Source of the DNA: an uncultured cyanobacterium
GTDB lineage: Bacteria; Cyanobacteriota; Cyanobacteriia; Cyanobacteriales; Cyanobacteriaceae
NCBI GenBank assembly: GCA_963749915.1
Contig: CAVVOP010000008.1
Location: forward strand, 544,001 to 608,000
Reading direction: 5' to 3'
DNA: 64,000 bases
Shown: positions 38,025 to 47,742 of the stretch, piece after piece
How positions within the stretch are numbered: position 1 is the stretch's first letter
How the letters are laid out: every line of letters starts with the position of its first letter
Made by a program: the position numbers and the translations under genes
The notes under the pieces: model-generated
Database searches by the model: none
What the model saw: the letters and a program-made list of their open reading frames with translations, nothing else
What the model was told of the DNA's origin: nothing

Positions 38025-40175
38025 CTAAAGAGATAAAAGTTGGTTTATTTCATTAAAAGGTAAAGGTTCACAGAATAAATATCCTTGGGCATATTCGCAT
38101 CCCAATTCTTGTAAAATAATCCACTGTAAATCATTTTCGATTCCTTCAACAATTACCTCTATATTAAATCCTTTAGCAAAAGTTGTAATAGCGGAAACAA
38201 TGGCTTTATCCTGAGAGTTATCTTTGATATATTTTATAAAATTTTGAGCTATTTTTAAATAATGAAAAGGAAATTTTTTGATGTTATTAAAATATATATT
38301 ATGAAGACCAAAATCATCTAAAGTAATTTTGATTCCTAAACTTAATAGTTTTTTGAGACAGTTTTTTCCTTGATTGTCTTCTAACCATAAGTTATTGCTT
38401 ATTTCAATAATTAAAGTAGGGGCAAGATGAATATTATTTTTGATAAGTTGGATAAAATTATCCCAAGCATTTTGATCTTGAAAAAGTTGATGAGATACAT
38501 TAATGGCTATAGGTATTTTAGCGAATGAATTGGAGTAATTAGTTAACTTTTTATGAATAATATCTTCTAATATCCACAGGGTCATGTTATTTATTATATT
38601 AATATGTTTAGCTATATCTAAAAACTTATCAGGAGAAATTATTCCCTTATATTGATGATTCCATCTTAATAAAGCTTCTAAGGCAATGATCGTATTATCT
38701 TTGCTAATGATTGGTTGATAATAAATAATAAATTCTTGGTTGGATAAAGCATGATTAAGCTCGTTACTTAAACGCAATAATTCTTTGTTTTCAAAGTCAA
38801 TTTTCGGACTGTAAAATGATGCTTGATTTTGTCCTGCATTTTTACTTATACTTAGGGCTTGATCTGCTTTTCTAATTAAATCAGTTTCATTTTCTGCGTC
38901 ATGGGGATAAACGGAAATACCGATATTAATACTTAATTTTAGCTCTTTATTATCTACAGTAATAGGCTTAATAAGGTTATTCATTACCCTTTGGGATACC
39001 GAGCCAATTTGACTAAAATCCTCTATTTCTGATAACAAGACTATAAATTGATGTTCCCGCCAATAGGCAACGGCATCTTCTAATCTAAATATTTTTTTGA
39101 GTTTTTCTGAACAGTTTTTAATAAGATTATATTCATTTTTCGGAGTAAGAGTATCTCGTCCTAAATTTATTCTATCTATCTCAATAATCATCACCGCTAA
39201 TTTAAGGTTAATTCTTTTATAACTAGCAATGGTTTTTTGTAAGGTTTTAATAAAAGATTTATAATTAGGTAATTTTGTTTTCAAATCATATTCCAAAATT
39301 TGTTTTAAATTCTCTTTTTGTTTATATATTGTGGTTATATCAAAAACATATAAACGGATTATTTGTAAATCTTTTAAGTAATGTATATATTCTTCAACAA
39401 ACAAATTATTAACTTGTACTTCTCTCTTAAATAAGTTAGTTTCTAAACGGGAAAGATAAGGTAAAACATGTTTGAGTAAAGGATGATTAATTTTCTCTTC
39501 TAAAAGAGTCGCAAAGTTAATTTTAGCAGAGGCATTGGCGAACAAAATATTACCTTGAGTATCTATTTCAATAATGGGATAAGGAGAGAGATTAACAATA
39601 GAAGCGAATTTTAACAATTCATCAATTCCATAATCATAATTAGATTTATATGTGGCGATAAAAGTTGGCTCAATATCTTCCTTCTCACCATCAGAAATAG
39701 TCTCTATCATGAGGTTTTTTTGTGCAAGAATCTTGACTTTTTGTTCTTGAAATTTGCCTTCATAATCGACAAAATAAGTTAAAGTAACTTCTGATCCAAT
39801 CTCGATTATATCTCCATGTTTAAGATTACTAGATTGTAAAACTTTTTTCTGATTAATTAATAAACCATTATTACTGGGATTTCCTTCAATATTCCCATCG
39901 GTTATGATATAGTATATTTCTTGGGTTTCTTCATTACAACACTCAGTTAAATAACAGTGATATCTAGATGCTTGTAAAGAAGATAAAATAACATCGTTAT
40001 CATCACTTCTGCCGATAGTGGTTTGTTTGTTTTCTAATAAAATAGTTTTAATTAATTTTTGTATAGAGGTATTTTCTTCTAAAATTAAAAAGTGATTGAT
40101 AATACTATCTAATTCACTATTTGTCTGTTGATACTCAGAGGTTAGATCAGAATTTATGGTAAAGTTTTGAGTCAT
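38025..40175 (-). CDS. FHA - degenerate GGDEF - EAL domain protein
   Basis: IGRS..ND...SRYH...SNNGL.IN (FHA); the GGDEF position reads WREHQF; EALLRW, LDDFG, EGIE and QGYLF (EAL). Confidence 0.88.
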   Translation of the reverse strand: MTQNFTINSDLTSEYQQTNSELDSIINHFLILEENTSIQKLIKTILLENKQTTIGRSDDNDVILSSLQASRYHCYLTECCNEETQEIYYIITDGNIEGNPSNNGLLINQKKVLQSSNLKHGDIIEIGSEVTLTYFVDYEGKFQEQKVKILAQKNLMIETISDGEKEDIEPTFIATYKSNYDYGIDELLKFASIVNLSPYPIIEIDTQGNILFANASAKINFATLLEEKINHPLLKHVLPYLSRLETNLFKREVQVNNLFVEEYIHYLKDLQIIRLYVFDITTIYKQKENLKQILEYDLKTKLPNYKSFIKTLQKTIASYKRINLKLAVMIIEIDRINLGRDTLTPKNEYNLIKNCSEKLKKIFRLEDAVAYWREHQFIVLLSEIEDFSQIGSVSQRVMNNLIKPITVDNKELKLSINIGISVYPHDAENETDLIRKADQALSISKNAGQNQASFYSPKIDFENKELLRLSNELNHALSNQEFIIYYQPIISKDNTIIALEALLRWNHQYKGIISPDKFLDIAKHINIINNMTLWILEDIIHKKLTNYSNSFAKIPIAINVSHQLFQDQNAWDNFIQLIKNNIHLAPTLIIEISNNLWLEDNQGKNCLKKLLSLGIKITLDDFGLHNIYFNNIKKFPFHYLKIAQNFIKYIKDNSQDKAIVSAITTFAKGFNIEVIVEGIENDLQWIILQELGCEYAQGYLFCEPLPFNEINQLLSL

Positions 40176-40279
40176 AATGCTATTTTCCAGCCTTTTTTAG
40201 TTGAACAATGATTTTTTTAATGATATGATTTTTGATCTTAATTTCTGATTATTAATCAGTTTGCACTAAATATTTCATC

Positions 40280-40765
40280 ATGGAACTAGAATCATTATCT
40301 CCTAATCTTACTAATAAAATTGAGGCTATTTTATATCTAAAGGCACAACCGACTTCTCTCACAGAACTTGTCGCATTAACTAATCAGTCCATAGATAAGG
40401 TGCAAGAGGCTTTAATTCAATTAATGTCTGATTATGGTTATCGTGATAGTGCATTAGAAATATTAGAAACTCCTAAGGGCTATAGTTTACAGTTAAGAAG
40501 TTGTTATCAATCTTTACTTGAACATCTTATTCCTGCAGAATTAAATCCGAGTATTCTTAAAACTTTAGCGGCCATCGCCCTCAAAAATCCCATTCTTCAA
40601 AGTGATTTAATCGTAATTCGTGGTAGTACTGCTTACCAACACGTAAATGAGTTATTAGAGGCAGGTTTTGTCCGTAAACGTCGCCAAGAAGAAGGAAGAT
40701 CCTATTGGCTAGAGGTAACAGATAAGTTTCATCAATATTTTGAAATTAATCAACTACCACAGTGA
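40280..40765 (+). CDS. scpB: SMC-Scp complex subunit ScpB
   Basis: IEAILY, GYSLQL, LKTLAAIA...PI, RG, T.KF..YF. Confidence 0.9.
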   Translation: MELESLSPNLTNKIEAILYLKAQPTSLTELVALTNQSIDKVQEALIQLMSDYGYRDSALEILETPKGYSLQLRSCYQSLLEHLIPAELNPSILKTLAAIALKNPILQSDLIVIRGSTAYQHVNELLEAGFVRKRRQEEGRSYWLEVTDKFHQYFEINQLPQ

Positions 40766-40840
40766 AAAAAAAGATTATCATATTGTTAAGAAGTTATAGA
40801 GTTAAAGTAAAGGCATAAATTCCAACAGAGGAAACTAATA

Positions 40841-41164
40841 ATGGTATTTGATTCAAATTTTTTTCAGCGCGAATCAGAAACGACAATTAAGAATACATTA
40901 GTAGAATATTTACAGAAACAACATCCTGATACCTTAGAAAGAGTGGCACAATCTGCTACTCCTGAAGTTAGAGAAATTATCACCCATAATGTACAAGGTT
41001 TACTGGGGGTGTTGCCTTCCGAAGGTTTTAATGTACAAATAGTTACCGATAGACAGAATTTAGCTAATTTATTAGTATCCGCTATGATGACTGGTTATTT
41101 TCTTAGTCTGATGGAAAAAAGAAAGGATTTAGAGGAAAGTATTGCTAACACAGATTCTCTTTAA
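40841..41164 (+). CDS. DUF760-family protein
   Basis: NVQGLLG.LPSEGF.VQI.TDR.NLA.LL.SAMMTGYFL. Confidence 0.85.
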   Translation: MVFDSNFFQRESETTIKNTLVEYLQKQHPDTLERVAQSATPEVREIITHNVQGLLGVLPSEGFNVQIVTDRQNLANLLVSAMMTGYFLSLMEKRKDLEESIANTDSL

Positions 41165-41249
41165 ATAGTTAATAGTTAATTATTTATTGCCTGTTGGGGA
41201 ATCGGCAGTTAGTTGTCTTTCAACATTGTTAATTGTTAATTGTTAATTG

Positions 41250-41345
41250 TTATCCTCCTTTGGCAAAAGAAGCCATTACCAAAATGGAGAGTAATAATCC
41301 CGGTACTAATAATACAATTAACATTAAAAATTGATCAGTAGTCAT
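41250..41345 (-). CDS. 31-aa single-TM microprotein MTTDQFLMLIVLLVPGLLLSILVMASFAKGG (possibly Norf4-like)
   Basis: Clean ATG..TAA frame with a hydrophobic core. Length and character recall the 31-aa Synechocystis Norf4 (from memory, unverified). Confidence 0.7.
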   Translation of the reverse strand: MTTDQFLMLIVLLVPGLLLSILVMASFAKGG

Positions 41346-41464
41346 AATTTCATTTTGATTGTGGTACATTAACTATCATCTTAGGAGATCCTTTTGATTT
41401 AGGATCTTTCTGTGGTGAAAAACTAGTGGAAAAGAAAGCGCCTCAATGAAACAGGGGTTTTAAA

Positions 41465-41557
41465 GTGGTCTGTCAAGATAATTTTGAAAGACTGGTAACG
41501 GACAATTTTGGATTTTGGAGAATCCTGCTATCCCTCATTTCAAAATTGATAGACCAC
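41465..41557. mobile_element. About 93-bp MITE-like element
   Basis: Terminal inverted repeats gtggtctgtcaa / ttgatagaccac (11 of 12 match) plus inner attttgaaa / tttcaaaat. The same end sequence occurs at 6471-6482. Confidence 0.7.
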
Positions 41558-41634
41558 CAGAAGAGTATAATTTCCCATTGTTCAGTGTTTTTGCTCTACG
41601 ATTATAACTCTCAACCCTGAACTATTGTCAATTG

Positions 41635-42018
41635 TTAGAGGTCTTCTAAATCAACTTGTTTAAGGTGGATATTTTTTCTGCCTAAGACAACTTCAAATTC
41701 ATCACCGGGTTTTAAACCCATTTTATCGGTATAGGCTTTACCAATGGAGAGATTACCGTTAGATTGTACATTGATACGATAATTGGCACTTCTGCCTCTT
41801 TTTTTAGTGTCAATGCTGGTTTCATTATCAAGACTAATGCCTTCGGCTTCGATTAAAGCATTAAGAAATTTAACCATACTAACTCTTTTTTGATCATTAT
41901 CTGTAATAGTATAATAACCACACTCGATGGCCTTTTCTTCACGGGAAACGTTACCTAATTTTTTAACTGTTTTAAGTAAATCTTTTCCGATTAAGGGTTG
42001 TTGTTTTTTAGTCGTCAT
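41635..42018 (-). CDS. Cyanobacterial AbrB-like transcriptional regulator (cyAbrB)
   Basis: L.GKDLL..VK, A.ECGY, GRSANYRI.VQSNGNL.IGKAYT..MGLKPGDEFE..LGRK.I.L. Confidence 0.9.
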   Translation of the reverse strand: MTTKKQQPLIGKDLLKTVKKLGNVSREEKAIECGYYTITDNDQKRVSMVKFLNALIEAEGISLDNETSIDTKKRGRSANYRINVQSNGNLSIGKAYTDKMGLKPGDEFEVVLGRKNIHLKQVDLEDL

Positions 42019-42227
42019 TTACTTTTATTTTGCTAAATTTTACACTAACTATTTTGAGTTAATATACAAAATAGTTCTTAAATTTTTGTTCATAAACTAT
42101 AATAGACTAATATAGCAAAATTTCACTTTTTTTACTAAACTTAATCGCAAGGAAACTAATTTATAATCTCTGGAAAAATAAAACATCTTTTGAATTAAAA
42201 CTCACGCTGAAAGGCTATAATAATCCC

Positions 42228-42671
42228 ATGAAGTTAACGACTAAAGGCTATTATGCCGTTAAAGCATTATTGGATTTGAGTCTTCAACCTAATTATCAAC
42301 CTGTCTCGGCTAATACCATTGCTGGTCGTCAAAACTTACCTGCACCTTATTTAGAAAAAATTTTAATTAAAATTCGTAAAGCGGGATTAATAAAATCTAT
42401 CAGGGGTGCCAATGGTGGTTATCAATTAGCTTCTTCACCAGAGGATATTTCTTTGGGAGATATTCTTGTGGCAGTGGGGGACAAAATTGAGCCTTTACCT
42501 AATTATAATATTGATAATGATTCAGCGGAAGATTGGGTAACAATTTGTTTATGGAGACGTTTAAATCACAAGTTAAAAGAGGCGATTTATAATATAACTT
42601 TAGCAGATTTATATTATGATGCTCGTAGTCGTCAAGCCTCCTACGGTGAGGAAAATAATTTTATTGTTTGA
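42228..42671 (+). CDS. Rrf2-family transcriptional regulator
   Basis: MKLTTKG.YAVKALLDL, YLEKIL..., SIRGANGGYQL. Confidence 0.92.
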   Translation: MKLTTKGYYAVKALLDLSLQPNYQPVSANTIAGRQNLPAPYLEKILIKIRKAGLIKSIRGANGGYQLASSPEDISLGDILVAVGDKIEPLPNYNIDNDSAEDWVTICLWRRLNHKLKEAIYNITLADLYYDARSRQASYGEENNFIV

Positions 42672-42726
42672 AACTTAGATATTCCGCCAAGATATCAATC
42701 TTTAGTGAATATATAGAATATAATTA

Positions 42727-43701
42727 TTGGTTGTTAATTATTCATTTTTAATTGTCTGGTTTGCCTCTATTTTAGATTATTTTCTCGGTGATCCTTGGGG
42801 TTGGATTCATCCTGTACAATTAATGGGATGGGTTATTGATCGTCATGCTAATTTTATCGTCAAGAATACTGATCATAAATTGGGGAGAAAAATTGCTGGA
42901 GTTCTTCTCGCCATCGGTTTAATTATTAGTAGTGGTACAGTGACATGGTTATTAATAGATGTTGCCACCAAGATTAATAATTATTTCGGTATCGTTATTC
43001 AAGTTATTTTATTAGCCAGTTGTTTCGCCGGAAAAAGTTTGTGTCGTGCGGCGGAAGATGTTTTACAATATCTGGGACAAGATGATTTATCACAGGCTCG
43101 TTATCGTCTTAGTTTTTATGTCGGTAGAGACACTGATAATTTATCCACTGATGAGGTTTTTCGAGCTATTTTGGAAACCGTGGCCGAAAATACTACTGAT
43201 GGAGTCACAGCTCCCTTATTTTATGCTTTATTGGGGGGTTTTGTTCCTGTCATTGGTTGTGTTCCTTTGGCGATGGCTTATAAAGCCTTAAGTACATTAG
43301 ATTCCATGATCGGGTATAAAAAAGAACCATTGATAGATATAGGCTGGTTTAGTGCTAGATTGGAAGACTATTTAACATGGTTACCTTGTCGTTTAACTGT
43401 CTTAACCCTTGCCATCATTTCTGGTGACGTGAAAAATAATATTACTGAATGCAAACAATACGCAATCAAAGATCCTAGTCCAAATTCAGGATGGAGTGAG
43501 GGAATTTACGCTGTGATTTTAGGGGTACAATTGGGAGGCGAAAATACTTATAAAGGAGAGAAAAAATTCAAACCTCTATTAGGTAAACCCCTTAATAAAA
43601 TCGATGAAAATATTATCCAAAAAGCATTATTATTAACTAGATATTGTTTCTTATTGTGGCTTTTTATGGCTACTTTAATATCTATGTTCGTTATCATCTA
43701 A
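42727..43701 (+). CDS. cbiB: Adenosylcobinamide-phosphate synthase CbiB/CobD
   Basis: GDPWGWIHPV, VGRDT, ETVAEN.TDGV.APLFY, TLDSMIGY, SPNSG. Confidence 0.93.
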   Translation: MVVNYSFLIVWFASILDYFLGDPWGWIHPVQLMGWVIDRHANFIVKNTDHKLGRKIAGVLLAIGLIISSGTVTWLLIDVATKINNYFGIVIQVILLASCFAGKSLCRAAEDVLQYLGQDDLSQARYRLSFYVGRDTDNLSTDEVFRAILETVAENTTDGVTAPLFYALLGGFVPVIGCVPLAMAYKALSTLDSMIGYKKEPLIDIGWFSARLEDYLTWLPCRLTVLTLAIISGDVKNNITECKQYAIKDPSPNSGWSEGIYAVILGVQLGGENTYKGEKKFKPLLGKPLNKIDENIIQKALLLTRYCFLLWLFMATLISMFVII

Positions 43702-43813
43702 AGTTTTTAAAAAAAATATCATATTAAAAATTATCAAAATTTGCTCTACAATAAAAAGTTAACATTTAAATATATTAAATATAGTTTTTTCAACCAAAAA
43801 TAATTTTTGAAAT

Positions 43814-44596
43814 ATGGAAATTTTTTTAATCTTTAATACCATCATAATGTCTCTATTCTCTCCCGTTGGATTTTTCCTTAATAATTCTTTAACCAACGTG
43901 GTTCACAATAAATCGGGGGAAGTTGGGAATGTCAAGGTAAGAATTAATAGTATTCCTACCCATCAACTGATTAAAGGGGAAGCGGATTCTATCCAAATTA
44001 GCTTAAAACAGTGGCAACCACAGCCAAATATTCGAGTAGAATTGTTAGAGCTAGAGACGGATTCCGTTAAGTTAAATTTGCCGAAAATTAGACAAATAAA
44101 GCGAGATAATTGGCAAGAGGCCTTAAAAGCGCCCCTTAACATGGGTTATCGCATTATTTTAACGGAAAATGACCTTAATAACTTGATTAAATCTCCACAG
44201 GCAGAATCCATTATTTCTGAATTTGGTGGGAATTCTCAAAAGTCACAGTTTAAAATCATCGCCTTAGCTTTAAATTTATTGCCTAATAATCGTATTGTCA
44301 TTGACACTAAATTAAAATTACCGATTCGGGGGGAAGAATTATTAAATGTTAACCTAGAATTTAGTTTACAGTTAATGAGAGGTCATATACTGAGAATTAC
44401 TGATATTCAAGGAACATTAAATAATAGACAACTATCATCTAAACTACTACAAGGGTTTACTGATAGGATAAATACTCAGTTAAATCTGCAAAATTTAGAA
44501 AAATTTGGTCTTACCATGAGACTTTTGCAATTAAATATCAATGAAGGTAATTTAGAAATAGTTGGTTTTCTTCATCTTCAACCAAAATCACCCTAA
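43814..44596 (+). CDS. DUF2993/LmeA-like protein
   Basis: VRI.S.PTHQLIKG..DS.QI, LELETD and LTE.DLN motifs. Confidence 0.7.
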   Translation: MEIFLIFNTIIMSLFSPVGFFLNNSLTNVVHNKSGEVGNVKVRINSIPTHQLIKGEADSIQISLKQWQPQPNIRVELLELETDSVKLNLPKIRQIKRDNWQEALKAPLNMGYRIILTENDLNNLIKSPQAESIISEFGGNSQKSQFKIIALALNLLPNNRIVIDTKLKLPIRGEELLNVNLEFSLQLMRGHILRITDIQGTLNNRQLSSKLLQGFTDRINTQLNLQNLEKFGLTMRLLQLNINEGNLEIVGFLHLQPKSP

Positions 44597-44700
44597 GTAA
44601 TAAAAGTTCGGAGTTTTGTTGAAGTTAATAGCATTAACTCGTTGGGATTTCGAATTAATTAAGACTAAATATAAAAAATATAAAATAAAAAGTAATAATT

Positions 44701-45303
44701 ATGGCAGAAAATCAAAAACAAAATCCTTTTTTATCCACTAAAGCGATCGCCGCTTTAGCGACAACAGTGATAGCCGTCGGCACGACCACAGCTTGGTATT
44801 CTTACAGTAAATTAGCCGTTAAAAACCCTGTTGATAGTCCTCCCACCAACGTACAAACAAATCAAAATCCTACTAAGCAACAGATCGAAATTTATGGCAT
44901 TAATGATAAATTAGAAATTACCGCTAGTGTTATTGAAATTAAAAAAGGACAAGATGAGCAACAATCTTTAACTGTCGCATTTAATCAATTATTAACAGGT
45001 TTAAATAGTAATAATGTCACCACGGCTATTCCCGAAAATACGAAGTTAAGGAATTTAACTGTCAAAGATGACGGCATTCACATCGACTTATCTTCCGAGT
45101 TTACCACTGGTGGCGGTAGTGCTTCGATGATTAGTCGTTTAGGACAAGTCATTTATACTGCTAGTAGTGTTAATCCTTCTGCCAATATTTGGATTAGTGT
45201 TGAGGGTAAACCTTTAGAAATTTTAGGGGGGGAAGGGTTAATGGTAGAACAACCCATGACCAGAGATCTATTTATAGAGTCTTTTTCTGCCAGTAATGAG
45301 TAG
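44701..45303 (+). CDS. GerMN-domain membrane-anchored protein
   Basis: TAIP.NTKL, DLSSEFTTGGGSASM..RLGQVIYT, V.GKPLE.LGGEGL. Confidence 0.88.
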   Translation: MAENQKQNPFLSTKAIAALATTVIAVGTTTAWYSYSKLAVKNPVDSPPTNVQTNQNPTKQQIEIYGINDKLEITASVIEIKKGQDEQQSLTVAFNQLLTGLNSNNVTTAIPENTKLRNLTVKDDGIHIDLSSEFTTGGGSASMISRLGQVIYTASSVNPSANIWISVEGKPLEILGGEGLMVEQPMTRDLFIESFSASNE

Positions 45304-45342
45304 GGTTGTTTTCTGCCGCCGTTTCTAGTTGTCTTCTACCTG

Positions 45343-45438
45343 GAAATAAATTTCAAAGCTAATAGTAAGAATCCACTTTAATGGACTAATTTTTGTCATT
45401 TTTAGATAACTTTTGTTATCAAGGAAGAAATTTATTTC
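45343..45438. repeat. Intergenic inverted-repeat element (REP/MITE-like)
   Basis: gaaataaatttc at 45343-45354 and its perfect inverse gaaatttatttc at 45427-45438. Confidence 0.55.
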
Positions 45439-45521
45439 TTGGTGTTTATCAGAATCAATAAATCTAACAATACATCTAGAAAAAGGTTAAAGTTCTTTTT
45501 GAAAAATATAAGCAAAAGATA

Positions 45522-46670
45522 ATGATTATAAAAAAGTTTAAATTTATTGGTGTTATATTATCTTGTTTATTATTTGTTTTTGGCTTTTATAATTTGGCAA
45601 TTTTAGCTGACGAGCGAGTTTTTTCAGAATTAAATTTACAGTTTTTAGATGAATATGAGTTAACAGAAACTAACTATCAAAATACGGTAATAGGCGGGTT
45701 TTCTGGCATAACTTATAATCCTCAAAAGGATCTTTTTTATGTCATTTCTGATGATCGAGCAAATTTATCCCCTGCCCGTTTTTATACCTTAAAAGTGCAT
45801 ATAGATAATAATAAAATTAACGGTATTAGTATCGAAAATATTACCTTTTTAAAAGATCAACAAGGAGAAAATTATTCCCCCAATGTTACCGATACAGAAG
45901 CCATTGCATTTAGTCCGAGGAATACCTTCTTTATTGCTAGTGAGGGGGTTTATAAAACAAATTTTCCTCCTTTTATTAATGAATATAACCTTGATGGTAA
46001 ATTTATAAATTCTGTCACAATACCAGAAAAATATATACCAGAAGAAGGAGAAAAAAAAGGTGTAGAAAATAATCTCGGTTTTGAATCTTTAACCATCAAA
46101 GCTAATGGCATAATGCCCCAAGATCCCTTTAGATTATTTACCGTCACGGAGTCGGCATTATTGCCGGATGTGGATCTCAATAACCCCGAAACTATTTTAA
46201 GATCAAGGTTAATGCACTACGTAATTAATCCCTTTGGAGATCCTGTATTAGTAGGCGAATATCTGTACATCATTGATAATCAGGAGTTAGGGGTATTATA
46301 CAATGGAGTGTCTGATTTATTAGCATTACCCCAAGAAGGTTATTTATTAAGTTTAGAAAGGACTTTTGGCTTAAGGGGATATGGGGCAAAAATTTTTCAA
46401 TTAGTTATGGCTAATGCAACTGATATTTCTAGTCAAAAAACTTTAGCAGGAAATATTGATAACATTACGCCAATTAGCAAAAAATTGGTTTTAGATTTAC
46501 AAAAATTAGGCATCACATTGGACAATTTAGAGGGCATGACTTTTGGTCCCCATTTAGCCGATGGTAGTCAAAGTTTAATCATAGTTAGTGATAATAATTT
46601 TGCGGAAGAAGGAAAACAAAAAAATCAATTTTTACTATTCAAATTATATAAACATAATAATTCAACTTAG
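45522..46670 (+). CDS. Esterase-like activity of phytase family protein, secreted
   Basis: GGFSGITY, ISDDR, NLGFESL, LSLERTF, DNLEGM.FGP, VSDNNF. Confidence 0.88.
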   Translation: MIIKKFKFIGVILSCLLFVFGFYNLAILADERVFSELNLQFLDEYELTETNYQNTVIGGFSGITYNPQKDLFYVISDDRANLSPARFYTLKVHIDNNKINGISIENITFLKDQQGENYSPNVTDTEAIAFSPRNTFFIASEGVYKTNFPPFINEYNLDGKFINSVTIPEKYIPEEGEKKGVENNLGFESLTIKANGIMPQDPFRLFTVTESALLPDVDLNNPETILRSRLMHYVINPFGDPVLVGEYLYIIDNQELGVLYNGVSDLLALPQEGYLLSLERTFGLRGYGAKIFQLVMANATDISSQKTLAGNIDNITPISKKLVLDLQKLGITLDNLEGMTFGPHLADGSQSLIIVSDNNFAEEGKQKNQFLLFKLYKHNNST

Positions 46671-46783
46671 TAACATAAAAGTACAAATAATGTTATGTTT
46701 CTTCAAGTTAACATCTTCAATCCCCTGTTATATCTTATCTTTAAGAGTATTGTCGCCCCCACAGGCTAATAGTTTACGGATGA

Positions 46784-47677
46784 TTATGACTCTCTCCAGA
46801 TTATTAGTTGAATCGAGACGAGGATGAGGGCTATTATTAGTAGAATACTTGTACTAGCGGCGGCATAACCGAAGTTAAATTGCCCGAAGGCTTCTTCGTA
46901 TATATAGTAGGAGATCAGATTCGTTGAGTTAGAAGGGCCTCCATTGGTTATGATATATACCTGTTCAAAAGAACGAAAGGTAAAAATAGCGGTGGTAATG
47001 GTAGCAAATATCAAGGTAGGTTTTAATCCGGGAAGGGTTATATACCAAAGTTTCGCCCAAAAGTTTGCACCGTCCAATTCGGCAGCTTCATAGCGAGATT
47101 GAGGAATGGCTTGTAATCCCGCTAAAAATACGACCAAGTTAAATCCTATTTGTCTCCATGTGCTGAAGATGATAATAACAGGCATCGCCCAAATGGTACT
47201 ATTGAGCCAAGGTATAGCGTTGATATTTAGTTGTAACAATAGTTGGTTTATGGGTCCGTCATTTTGGAATAACCATCGAAATCCTAGGCCCATGGCGACT
47301 AAAGATGTGATGCTAGGAAGAAAGTAGGCTGTGCGAAAAAATCCTCTGCCAATTATTTTTTGATTTAATAAGATGCTTAAGCTTAAAGGAATTATAATAC
47401 TGGGAATGATTGTGGCGATGGCAAAATAGATGGTATTAAAAATTATTTGTTTAAAATCAGGATCTATCAGTAACCTTTTGTAGTTAGCGAATCCAATCCA
47501 TTCACTGCTGATCAAACTCCCATTGGTGAAACTGAGATAGATAAGGGAAAGAATAGGGACAAATAAAAAGATGGTTAATAGTATTAATGCTGGTGCTAAA
47601 AATAACCAGGGAATGATACTTTGTTTATTTAGTTCCTGAATAGGGCTTATTTTTTTCAACGGTAGACTTTGAGACAT
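46784..47677 (-). CDS. Carbohydrate ABC transporter permease
   Basis: FLAPAL, GFANY and the LAGLQAIP.SRYEAAELDGA EAA loop. Confidence 0.92.
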   Translation of the reverse strand: MSQSLPLKKISPIQELNKQSIIPWLFLAPALILLTIFLFVPILSLIYLSFTNGSLISSEWIGFANYKRLLIDPDFKQIIFNTIYFAIATIIPSIIIPLSLSILLNQKIIGRGFFRTAYFLPSITSLVAMGLGFRWLFQNDGPINQLLLQLNINAIPWLNSTIWAMPVIIIFSTWRQIGFNLVVFLAGLQAIPQSRYEAAELDGANFWAKLWYITLPGLKPTLIFATITTAIFTFRSFEQVYIITNGGPSNSTNLISYYIYEEAFGQFNFGYAAASTSILLIIALILVSIQLIIWRES

Positions 47678-47688
47678 TTCTCCAAAAA

Positions 47689-47737
47689 GTTAATTGTTAA
47701 TTGTTAATTGTTAATTGTTAATTGTTAATTGTTAATT
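47689..47737. repeat. Heptamer tandem repeat (GTTAATT) x7
   Basis: Seven perfect copies between tldD and the permease gene; a shorter run of the same unit is at about 41225-41251. Confidence 0.9.
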
Positions 47738-47742
47738 GTTGA

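Noticed and set aside
46588..46827. ORF containing LRVLSPPQ, similar to the sulP leader peptide
   Set aside because: It overlaps two convergent gene ends, has no suitable start or RBS near the motif and no downstream gene to regulate. Treated as coincidence.
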